A stretch of DNA of 64,000 nt, taken from the NCBI GenBank assembly GCA_012800315.1, contig JAAZJO010000001.1, forward strand, positions 773 through 64,772, written 5' to 3'. Below, one piece after another: positions 28,201 to 35,901 of the stretch. This stretch comes from Candidatus Falkowbacteria bacterium. GTDB taxonomy: Bacteria; Patescibacteriota; Patescibacteriia; Patescibacteriales; UBA12465. Numbering within the stretch: the first letter of the stretch is position 1; every line of letters begins with the position of its first letter. The notes below the pieces were generated by a model that saw nothing but the letters and a program-made list of their open reading frames with translations, was not told the DNA's origin and did not search any database. The position numbers and the translations under genes are program-made.

Positions 28201-31200
28201 GTATTATTTGAATCAAAACAACAAGCGCTTGAATGATCACCGCAGCTCGCCTGATCAGTTAAGCCGGCACAATCCACACAAATACCTTCTGGGTGTTCTG
28301 TAGTAATGGAGCAATATTTAGAGCTACTACCAAAACAATTACAGGCCGCATCACGTGCCGCCGTAGTTTCTCCAGCCTGCGCACAACCAGAACAATAACC
28401 ATAAGTATTATTATTGTTTGTGATATCAGAACCACATTTTCCAGTACAAGTTAAGCCAGCACAGCAATCTTGTTTTTCATATCCCAAACGACAACAACAC
28501 TCACAAGTCGGAACAACATTAATAACACAATTATCCGCCTCACCAGCCACTAAATTATCAACGCACTTAGCGTCTTTAGCTGAACAAACTTTATCAGAGA
28601 CACAACGTCCTTCTTTGTTTATTTCTTGACAATTTAAACCGGCATCACAAGTGCGACGACATTTACCTGCCTCCCCGTCTTGAACACAAGTTCTATTGCC
28701 AGTCTTAGTCCAACCAGCTGGACAAGAAGCTGCCCAAGCAATTTCCCATTGTCCTGAACTATTACAAGTCTTTTCAACAGTCTCCATCTCAGCGGCAGAA
28801 ACACAACGATAAGAAAGCATCGTGCCCGTAAAAGCACCTATATTGCCGCGCTCACGCCAAGTATTTATTGTTTCCTCTTTATACGGTTCAACTGCCACCG
28901 TGTTTTTATAAAATTTATTACAATAAGCTAATTTATCAATTCCGGACCCTGAAAATCCATCAGGATCTGTCTCCCAAGCCCCAGTCTCTAAGTTCCAATG
29001 CTGATTAACTTTTCCGGACCAATACATAATACGCGGAATCTTATTCGCTGACTGATTAACTAGTTTCGGAATATAAATCTTAGTTGGAAAATCACAAACA
29101 CCTTGACTATCTTTTTTATTTTGGACACATCTATCTAGTTCACTATTATAAGTACAAGTAGATTCATCACACCCGGGAACATTCTGACAACTATTATCAC
29201 AAGTACCTATTATTTTTTGATAGCTAGTTAGAGCTGAGGAGCAAGAACCCGGACTATTTGGACAACTAACTCCTTGATAACAAGAACCTAAATATTTTGA
29301 TAAACCTAAACAACTATCAAAAATTGAAGGAAGATTATCAGGGCTCGGATCATCTTCGGTGCCAGTATTATTTCCATCTATCTCAGTACTAAAACTCCAC
29401 TCAAAAACTGATGTTGGAATATTTACAAAACACTCACTCAAAGAAGCAACACATTGTCCTTTTTTATAAGTATTTGATGGACAGCATATTTTTCCTGCTC
29501 CCGCTGAACAACCATCATCATTAAGACATTCGGCCACTGTAAAATTAAGTTCATTACTACTTCTCTGATTATGAGTATTAACAATTTTAACACCGCCAGT
29601 AGTTGCGTCTGAGGGCACCTCTGCTTTAATTTTATCAGCACCACCTTCTTTTAAAACATTACCCGTCTCATCACCACTGCCTGTTACTGTTTTATCTAAA
29701 TAAAATTTAACGGCAATATTACTTGTTTTTCTACCAAAATATTCCCCCCAAAAAGCAACCGCCGTTCCAGCTGTTCCTTGTCCGGGATCAATTTTACATA
29801 AACTAGGCGCTAAAGCTAAATTATTATTAAGCTGAAAAACATTTGGATTTAAGTTTTGGGTAGAAATAATAGTCTCGCCTAAATCAATTTCTATTTGATA
29901 AAAATCTTCAGCCATTTCTGGCGCTTTCACAATTATTTGATGATCATTCCAAACAGAGTTAGCACAAATACTGGGGAAAGAATAAGAAGCCTCTATTTTA
30001 TTGCTTCCGCTAACAAAATAAACATGACTATTGCCTCTTGAGCCCCCAAAACCAGCTCCAGTAATTGTAATGTATTGCCCTACTGGACCACGCGAAACTT
30101 TTTGCCCATTTTCATCAACTTCTAGTGGAGTAAAAGATTTAATATAGGGACCAGAGTTTTCATCAGCTAATTTAGTAAATTTTAGAAAATTACTTTTTTG
30201 TACCTTACCCTCCACCACCGTCTCAACAAAGCTGCCAGAATCTCCTTTTCTAATATTAGGAATAGTTGAGGTGCCAGTTAGACCGCTCTGATCATTAAAA
30301 GAAGAATACAGAGCACCAACGTTGGATTTATAATTACCAAAATAAGCCTTGCCAGCATATAAATTAACTCCTTGATAATTAACTTGGGAATTTAAAGCTC
30401 CGACTACTGGATCAAGAGTGCAAAGCCCTGGACGACTAATATTATTAACTATTAAGTTATTTATTTTTGGTCCATTCTCATCGCCAGTTTTATCCGATAA
30501 GTTATCTTTAGTGATAACTTCAATTTGACCACTTTGCGCACCGCTTGGAATAGCAATGATAATTTGTTCATCACTCCAAAAATCAACACAAGCTGTATTT
30601 ATAGCTGAAGGGGAAACACCAACCCGAGGTGAATCAGTGCCTAAAAAAATCACCTGACTAAGCTCTGCGTCATATTCACCAAAGTTTTTTCCGATTATTG
30701 TTAAAAAATTATTAACAGCACCATTTGGAGTTTCTGTGTCACAAGTCCCCGCTCCACAATCATCATCTGATAAACAGGCTTTATTAATATTGTTATCGCA
30801 AAAACCACCAACCGGACTAATTCCTAAAATAACTGGAGAACCAACACAAAGACATGATTCCGGATCACAAGTAGTGTATTCTGAGCAACGATTATTATCG
30901 GCATCGCAACGCGCATTTGTTAAGTCGGCATCACAAGAAGAACCCGCACTACCTTGTGGTTGACATTTACAATCTTGGTCACAAAAATAGCCACTGGCAC
31001 AAATTTGATTATTGGCCTGACAAACACCAGAAATTGTATTAGCATTACAATCTTTTGGTATAACAAAGCAATTATCAGTTGAACCAATACAATTTCCCCA
31101 ATGACCGCCCGAGCAAAACATCGCCCCACCACAACCACAAGACAGCGAAGTTCCATCAACACACACACTACCACTACCATCACCAGAAGTTGCTCCGCCC

Positions 31201-31586
31201 AACTTATTTAAAATAAAAATAGCAATCGCCCAAGATGATAAAATAATTACTAAACCAATGGTAGCGTTTTTTAAAATCTTTTTTGCGCCAGTAATTTTCT
31301 CTTCATCGCCGCCCGACATCAACCACTTAAAACCAGCATAAATAATTAATAAAACAGCGATAATACCAAGAAGACCTAATAGAATATTAATTATTCTCCC
31401 AGCAATCGCCCGCGGATCAGTACTAACCAAAACTCCATCCAGACCTGAATCAACTTCTCCCATGCCAAAATCAGCTTGTGCTAAAGCAAACTTAGTAAAA
31501 AATAAACAAGCAATTAAACAAAACCCAAAAATGTATTTTTTAATGTTTTTTTTGTTCATTTTTTTATTCATTTTATTTATTGACAA
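25260..31586 (-). CDS. 2108-aa giant surface protein: TrbC/VirB2-like pilin-type N-terminal membrane module + Cys-dense region + IPT/TIG-like, SbsA-Ig-like and FN3-like domains
   Basis: One uninterrupted ORF. N-terminal ..FALAQADFG..DPRAIAGRIINILLGLLGIIAVLLIIYAGFKWLMSGGDEEKITGAKKILKNATIGLVIILSSWAIAIFILNKL. IPT-like segments (SPVILGISP..FLTIIGKNFG; IKSFTP..YITITGAGFG; LCKIDPGQGTAGTAVAFWGEYFG). SbsA-Ig-like PSIIETSPIASETNVCRNATIRIVFNQPM. FN3-like PATPTGLDVIIKNSMFNFSWQAN. The start may instead be a downstream Met (M6 or M10), which would remove the 10-nt overlap with the upstream gene. Confidence 0.8.
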   Translation of the reverse strand: MSINKMNKKMNKKNIKKYIFGFCLIACLFFTKFALAQADFGMGEVDSGLDGVLVSTDPRAIAGRIINILLGLLGIIAVLLIIYAGFKWLMSGGDEEKITGAKKILKNATIGLVIILSSWAIAIFILNKLGGATSGDGSGSVCVDGTSLSCGCGGAMFCSGGHWGNCIGSTDNCFVIPKDCNANTISGVCQANNQICASGYFCDQDCKCQPQGSAGSSCDADLTNARCDADNNRCSEYTTCDPESCLCVGSPVILGISPVGGFCDNNINKACLSDDDCGAGTCDTETPNGAVNNFLTIIGKNFGEYDAELSQVIFLGTDSPRVGVSPSAINTACVDFWSDEQIIIAIPSGAQSGQIEVITKDNLSDKTGDENGPKINNLIVNNISRPGLCTLDPVVGALNSQVNYQGVNLYAGKAYFGNYKSNVGALYSSFNDQSGLTGTSTIPNIRKGDSGSFVETVVEGKVQKSNFLKFTKLADENSGPYIKSFTPLEVDENGQKVSRGPVGQYITITGAGFGGSRGNSHVYFVSGSNKIEASYSFPSICANSVWNDHQIIVKAPEMAEDFYQIEIDLGETIISTQNLNPNVFQLNNNLALAPSLCKIDPGQGTAGTAVAFWGEYFGRKTSNIAVKFYLDKTVTGSGDETGNVLKEGGADKIKAEVPSDATTGGVKIVNTHNQRSSNELNFTVAECLNDDGCSAGAGKICCPSNTYKKGQCVASLSECFVNIPTSVFEWSFSTEIDGNNTGTEDDPSPDNLPSIFDSCLGLSKYLGSCYQGVSCPNSPGSCSSALTSYQKIIGTCDNSCQNVPGCDESTCTYNSELDRCVQNKKDSQGVCDFPTKIYIPKLVNQSANKIPRIMYWSGKVNQHWNLETGAWETDPDGFSGSGIDKLAYCNKFYKNTVAVEPYKEETINTWRERGNIGAFTGTMLSYRCVSAAEMETVEKTCNSSGQWEIAWAASCPAGWTKTGNRTCVQDGEAGKCRRTCDAGLNCQEINKEGRCVSDKVCSAKDAKCVDNLVAGEADNCVINVVPTCECCCRLGYEKQDCCAGLTCTGKCGSDITNNNNTYGYCSGCAQAGETTAARDAACNCFGSSSKYCSITTEHPEGICVDCAGLTDQASCGDHSSACCFDSNNTSTPDDDYCRGIKDSTVISDDKNSANYGYCSYYGCSLNDPYVCASTTPVKIGYFKKIDSCLSGCQAGVGSDYCRFFDNDQEKCSNEANCCYDKTTSKCKSGNKIETGENKGYCAYYACQSAADNPLACETTPTTTPKFSSIEECNDKCGNPSVGAGLDCSDSQTKDRCDFNACGTNGFACLQETGAGGEGSDCGACCCNPEAEIDPCVSETTPNLHCLANVGNCSGANRGLCCGCSQDSDCGSIATIGCNSSTCCEARPSIIETSPIASETNVCRNATIRIVFNQPMNVSSFSDNFLLYEELEYGKKLCPAGTFLAENITTEDLINSQTKNIFVHIWKKINSKISRVFNNSNKRALAEAPSADKLYCRVPGSVSAVQNGSQTELIFSPKNLLSPAANFYVVVKGDENLDSRTGVLSYSGVGMKGSGFKDGEMNNKPVTFNKTSYQNSYSFKFVTLPSQGVNAGICAIDNVKIRPASYLFKTTSNDLNENDSDILNPTFDTVADRDKLFSAGAYSVDGKLLNPVEGYSWDWTWSINNDQAFATSAPLSQNSLLVSAKAGATDVEAKLKATIDMSKYLSNDCSASGSGCNKIKTGNGYYNTSDLYIFLCQNPWPAVNSDGTWSPWLDKGQGDDYSSYNYKFYYCRDAGTAETFDDLPAISNNPISKKGSFSNLLKETYFFRETILPSGNIVEVRDMKNGGEVEVKWESSVDQVDSYKIYYLRSGRGLMMSKKIKPEGICSKEGSVYKCTYKIDGLTNNQQYIFKLTIVATNKTESALSNEVMATPTDKKAPATPTGLDVIIKNSMFNFSWQANNDDTAFYRLYHGISSGKYAETFDSIGTENNLSFPLNKFPQGANYFAISAIDSFGNESDKVEKEYYFNAEENGERRSDVLVWRRATSKLETPLGTDCLVEMDIESKNPYLPVCDENEKLTSPGAFVGKIALAAGHPYCSVSGCNFNRGFVNPAKCEYYTGSWTNNCYILN

Positions 31587-34300
31587 TTACCATCAACCCC
31601 CAAAACATTAGTCGCCGTACCAAAACAACAAGAAGGACTAGTTTCTGTCGCTACACAAGACTCACTAGCGCTAGGCTTATAGCAATTTTGATAAATATCT
31701 CTAATACCTGAACCAGCTTGAACATGATAAGTCATTGATTCTAAAAGAGGAGTATGCATTATCCAAGAAATTGTTTTGTCTGGCTCGCCATCAAGTGATT
31801 GAAAGGGAGTTTCTATATCAATATTTTCATTTTTCACCCAATAACCAACTGCTTGATTAGCTGAACTCCATAAATTTATTAATTTATGTTCAACCGTCGT
31901 TAGCCCGTTATTTACCTTACGACTACCAGTGGTTAAAGTACTATTCATCATTAAAGTATTCCAAGCTATTTTTATCGGCTCAGCTAAGCCCACCCCCGTT
32001 GCTCCTTGAACTGGAGTAATTGATTCAATCTTCGGTGGCGTCAAATTAATCGTATTATTAACAAAGAAAGAAAAGCGATAATTATCTTTCTTATTATGAT
32101 TATCCTCAGCACTAAAATTATCATTATAAAAATTTAGTGGCCCATCTGAAACATTATTACGATCACCATCAAAAGAATTAAGAGCCAAATCAACCACTCC
32201 ATTAATTTGAGCGCTAGCGCTTGGATAATTATTACCGTCAATATCTTGGCAAGTGTTATAACCCAAAGATGTTGGTGAACAAATATTATAAGGGGAGTAA
32301 GCTGTGCAATCCGCATTAGTTGAACAAGTTTTTAAATCAGCTGTTTTCATTTTTACAGCTAAATGGCTACCCCCCGGCAAGCAATAAATTTTTTCCCCAC
32401 AACCATTAACTCCACATTCTTTATCCGAAATAAACTCTACTGTTCTATAAGCATTGCTCACAATAAATCTCCCCGCCACATAATCCCCCACGCAAGTTTT
32501 TGCTCCAACTGCCCCCTCGCATTTATAAGACTGACAATCAGAATCAGCAACACAAGGCAAGCCATCAGCAAAACTATCTGCCTTATAATTAACTACCTTA
32601 ATATAATCAGCTACCTCTGAAGCCAAACCAGCAATCTTTATCGGATTAACTGGTTCATCAAAATTTAACTGAATAACTGTATTCATCGGCACATCTTTTC
32701 TGTCTCTAACTTCATCCAAGCTCTGACGATCCTGACCACCAGCTGGCGGAGTAATTTGTAAAGCACTTGGGTTGCTAGTACTAACTTCAATCTTATTGCC
32801 ACTAGCTCCAGCCACTTTAGAAACTAAACTAATTTTTGCATCACCGGTGTTAGAAACATCAAAAGAGGAATTGCCGCTTAAAATTGCATAAATACTTCTC
32901 ACTTGCTCCGAAAAATCACCTTCTGGATTTATTTTTATAATATTAGCGCCAGAATTTGTGCTAGAAAAAGTATAAGTATCAGAACCAAGTGTAAGTGTGT
33001 CTGCTAATTGTTCTGGCGACATCTCAATCAGCCAAGCATTGCCAGCACTCCGATTATCAGCGGTTAAAGTAAAGTAACCAGCAAATTTAGCCGTATTTTG
33101 AGCATCAAAACTAGCCGAACCTAAAAGATTAGTGTCGTTATTGCCATCAAATAGCTGTACTTTAGACGTATCAGCAGAAATCACTGCTTTAAACTGCGTT
33201 AATGTTCCTTGATAATTAAGCGGAGCAGCTACCGCTACTGGCGATTCACCAATTGAAGTAATTTTCTCAACCTTGGCGGCTTGATAAACTTTAGGCATGG
33301 CCTTAACAGTAATTGAACCTTCTGCTTTTTTTGCCTCGGCAGTTTTATTACTTACATCATTTTCATTATCCGGCAGAGGGAAAATGCCACCCACAACTAC
33401 TTGAGGCGGAGTTAAATCAATTCGCGAACTAACTTCAAATCTCCAATTAAAATAATTATCATAACAATTTTTAAACATGGAAGTGTCATCTATTTTTTTA
33501 ACCTTATCAGTCATTTTAACCGAATACCAAACATTATTAACTCCATCCCCTAAATAACTAAGAGGGGTTAAAACTAAAGTTCGGCTATCACTAGAAATAG
33601 AAACTTTAACTTCAGTTATATTAGCATTTACTTTTGGACAACTATTATTACAGGAATCTCCCAATTCTGTTTTAAAGATTCTAATGCTTTCCGGATTCAT
33701 ATTACTGCAATCATTATTATTACAAGCACAAGCAGAGCCAGAAGCATCAACACAGACACTTTCCGCTTTCAGTGGTTCTTTAAAAGTAATTGTAATTGCA
33801 CTATTGCGCGCTACATCAGTTTGCTTATTTTCTGGATAAACAGTATCAACTGAGCAAGCGCCAATAGCGCTTAGGCCACTATTAGTCGTCAAGGAGATGC
33901 GTCCAATACCACCTTGATTACTCCCCTCTTTAACACCCGTTGCCTCTGATAACTTAGATAAAATAAAAGTAGCTATTGACCAAGAAGATAAAATAATTAT
34001 TAAACCAATAACAGCGTTTTTCAAAATTTTTTTAGCCTTAGTAATTTTATCTTCATCGCCTCCCGAAGTTGTCCATAAAAATCCAGCATAAATTACTAAA
34101 AGCAAAGCGATTACCCCTAGAAAACTTAAAGTAATTTGAATAATACGACCAGCGATTGCGCGCGGATCAGCTTGTGATAAATTAATTACTTCCGCCACCG
34201 GCTCTGTGCCAAAATCAGCTTGCGCCAAAACAAAATTAGCCCCAACTGAAAAAACAATTAAGCTGAAAACAAAAATAAATACTTTAACTTTTTTTAACAT
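31577..34300 (-). CDS. 907-aa surface protein: TrbC/VirB2-like pilin-type N-terminal membrane module + three SbsA-Ig-like domains + Cys-rich segments
   Basis: The N-terminal ~120 aa are paralogous to the 2108-aa protein (..FVLAQADFG..DPRAIAGRIIQITLSFLGVIALLLVIYAGFLWTTSGGDEDKITKAKKILKNAVIGLIIILSSWSIATFILSKL). SbsA-Ig-like blocks: VDTVYPENKQTDVARNSAITITFKEPL, DVPMNTVIQLNFDEPV, IESITPVQGATGVGLAEPIKIAWNTLM. Confidence 0.8.
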   Translation of the reverse strand: MLKKVKVFIFVFSLIVFSVGANFVLAQADFGTEPVAEVINLSQADPRAIAGRIIQITLSFLGVIALLLVIYAGFLWTTSGGDEDKITKAKKILKNAVIGLIIILSSWSIATFILSKLSEATGVKEGSNQGGIGRISLTTNSGLSAIGACSVDTVYPENKQTDVARNSAITITFKEPLKAESVCVDASGSACACNNNDCSNMNPESIRIFKTELGDSCNNSCPKVNANITEVKVSISSDSRTLVLTPLSYLGDGVNNVWYSVKMTDKVKKIDDTSMFKNCYDNYFNWRFEVSSRIDLTPPQVVVGGIFPLPDNENDVSNKTAEAKKAEGSITVKAMPKVYQAAKVEKITSIGESPVAVAAPLNYQGTLTQFKAVISADTSKVQLFDGNNDTNLLGSASFDAQNTAKFAGYFTLTADNRSAGNAWLIEMSPEQLADTLTLGSDTYTFSSTNSGANIIKINPEGDFSEQVRSIYAILSGNSSFDVSNTGDAKISLVSKVAGASGNKIEVSTSNPSALQITPPAGGQDRQSLDEVRDRKDVPMNTVIQLNFDEPVNPIKIAGLASEVADYIKVVNYKADSFADGLPCVADSDCQSYKCEGAVGAKTCVGDYVAGRFIVSNAYRTVEFISDKECGVNGCGEKIYCLPGGSHLAVKMKTADLKTCSTNADCTAYSPYNICSPTSLGYNTCQDIDGNNYPSASAQINGVVDLALNSFDGDRNNVSDGPLNFYNDNFSAEDNHNKKDNYRFSFFVNNTINLTPPKIESITPVQGATGVGLAEPIKIAWNTLMMNSTLTTGSRKVNNGLTTVEHKLINLWSSANQAVGYWVKNENIDIETPFQSLDGEPDKTISWIMHTPLLESMTYHVQAGSGIRDIYQNCYKPSASESCVATETSPSCCFGTATNVLGVDGNCQ

Positions 34301-34337
34301 GAAATATGATGAAAAACTTCTAAATTATTCTTCCTTT

Positions 34338-34346
34338 TGATATAAT
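34338..34346 (+). promoter_or_regulatory. Extended -10 promoter element (TGATATAAT) for rel
   Basis: TGnTATAAT match 49 nt upstream of the rel ATG. Confidence 0.4.
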
Positions 34347-34358
34347 TTAGATAAACTT

Positions 34359-34367
34359 ATTATAACA
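34359..34367 (-). promoter_or_regulatory. Extended -10 promoter element (TGTTATAAT on minus strand) for the surface-protein cluster
   Basis: The plus strand reads ATTATAACA. It lies 58 nt upstream of the ATG at 34300, in the divergent intergenic region shared with rel. Confidence 0.4.
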
Positions 34368-34395
34368 TAAAAGCAGTAAAAAGAAAAAGCATTTT

Positions 34396-35868
34396 ATGAC
34401 TATTGAACAAATTATAAAAAAGTTCAAAGAAAGCCATCCAGATGAAGATTTTTCTATTCTAGAAAAAGCCTATAAATTCGCTGAAATGGCTCATGAAGGA
34501 CAAACAAGAAAAAGTGGTGAACCCTATATTCAGCACCCTCTTCATACTGCCTTTCTTTTAGCGGAAATTAAGGCTGATTTATCAACTGTGACTGCCGGTA
34601 TTCTGCATGATGTGCCAGAAGATACTAATCATAGCCTAGAAGAAATAAAAGAAATCTTTGGAACTGATGTTTATAATTTAGTTAAGGGAGTAACTAAATT
34701 AGGTAAAATTAAATACCGCGGCATTGAGCGCTATAGAGAAAATTTAAAAAAAATGTTTTTAGCCATGACTAATGACTTGCGCGTTATTTTTATCAAATTT
34801 TGTGATCGTCTACATAATTTACGCACACTAGAAAATCTGCCTCCAGAAAAACAAAAAAGAATTGCCCAGGAAACACTAGAAATTTACGCCCCAATTGCTG
34901 GTCTCTTGGGTATTGGTCGTTTAAAATGGCAAATGGAGGATCTTTGTTTTAAATATTTATACCCAGACCAATATCATGAACTAGAATATAAATATGAAGT
35001 AGAAAAAAGAGTTGAACGCAATCGTTTTTTCCAAAAAATAAAAAACATTCTTATTCCTAAACTAGAAGAAGCCGGTATAAAATTTGAAATTGAGGCCCGT
35101 TTTAAGCACCTATACAGCATTTATAATAAAATGCAGGAAAAGGATAAACAATTTGATGAAATTTATGATATTTTTGGGCTACGCCTCATCGTTGAAACAG
35201 TTAATGATTGTTATAAAACTTTAGGCATAATTCATGCTCTCTGGCGCCCAAAGCCTAATCGCTTTAAAGACTATATTGCTGTACCAAAACCAAATGGCTA
35301 CCGTTCTTTACACACCACTGTTTTTGGCCCAGAAGGAACATTGGCAGAGTTTCAAATCAGAACTAAAGAAATGCATGAAGAGTCTATTTATGGTTTAGCT
35401 GCTCATTGGTATTATAAATCAAAGAAAGAGGCTGGTAATTATCAATCACCTGCCTGGGTAAAAGAAATTGTTGAAATTCAAAAAGAAATCACTAATACCA
35501 CTGAATTAGTCACTAATATCAAAATGGATGTTTTCCGTGATCGTATTTTTATTTTTTCTCCCAAAGGAGATGTTTTTGAATTACCAGAAGGAGCCACGCC
35601 AATTGATTTTGCCTACGCGGTTCACAGCAACATTGGCAATAAAGCCGCCCGCGTTATTATTAATGATAAACTAGGTCGGCTTGATCAAGAATTAAAAAAC
35701 GGTGATTTAGTTGAAATTATTATTGAAAAAAATCGTGAATATCCGAATCGGGATTGGTTAAAATTTGTTAAAACAAAACGCGCCCGTGATCGTATTAAAC
35801 AATTTGCTAAAAAATCAACTTTTGATAATATTAAACGTTTTCTGCCTGGAATAAAAAAATCCTCCTAA
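34396..35868 (+). CDS. rel: Bifunctional (p)ppGpp synthetase/hydrolase, short RelA/SpoT homolog (HD + synthetase + TGS only)
   Basis: HD motif ILHDVPEDT; synthetase core DYIAVPKPNGYRSLHTTV..EFQIRTKEMH; TGS domain IFIFSPKGDVFELPEGATPIDFAYAVHSNIG. The ORF ends after about 490 aa with no ACT/RRM region. Confidence 0.88.
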   Translation: MTIEQIIKKFKESHPDEDFSILEKAYKFAEMAHEGQTRKSGEPYIQHPLHTAFLLAEIKADLSTVTAGILHDVPEDTNHSLEEIKEIFGTDVYNLVKGVTKLGKIKYRGIERYRENLKKMFLAMTNDLRVIFIKFCDRLHNLRTLENLPPEKQKRIAQETLEIYAPIAGLLGIGRLKWQMEDLCFKYLYPDQYHELEYKYEVEKRVERNRFFQKIKNILIPKLEEAGIKFEIEARFKHLYSIYNKMQEKDKQFDEIYDIFGLRLIVETVNDCYKTLGIIHALWRPKPNRFKDYIAVPKPNGYRSLHTTVFGPEGTLAEFQIRTKEMHEESIYGLAAHWYYKSKKEAGNYQSPAWVKEIVEIQKEITNTTELVTNIKMDVFRDRIFIFSPKGDVFELPEGATPIDFAYAVHSNIGNKAARVIINDKLGRLDQELKNGDLVEIIIEKNREYPNRDWLKFVKTKRARDRIKQFAKKSTFDNIKRFLPGIKKSS

Positions 35869-35882
35869 GGGAGGATTTTTTA
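35853..35882. terminator. Bidirectional rho-independent terminator (rel / rpsU convergent pair)
   Basis: AAAAAAATCCTCC-taag-GGAGGATTTTTT; the rel stop codon lies in the loop. Confidence 0.75.
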
Positions 35883-35901
35883 TAAAAAAGATAGTTAAAA
35901 A

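Noticed and set aside
31577-31586. 10-nt overlap between the 907-aa and 2108-aa ORFs as evidence of programmed coupling.
   Set aside because: The 2108-aa ORF begins MSINKMNKKMNKK. A start at the second or third Met removes the overlap, so the exact junction cannot be resolved from sequence alone.
27341-32620. Eight short ORFs (60-87 aa) on both strands inside the 2108-aa and 907-aa genes, plus similar ones at 21421-23195 and inside nrdD, ftsZ, secD, gyrA, argS and glyQS.
   Set aside because: All are nested in or antisense to much longer ORFs with coherent domain structure. Their translations are compositionally biased (Leu/Val/Ile or Ser/Pro runs), as expected from alternative frames.
22452-34300. 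Diversity-generating retroelement targeting the giant surface proteins (common in CPR genomes).
   Set aside because: No reverse transcriptase gene is present in the window. The only extended internal similarity I could see is the paralogous N-terminal module, which is diverged throughout rather than only at adenines, so it is not a template/variable repeat pair.
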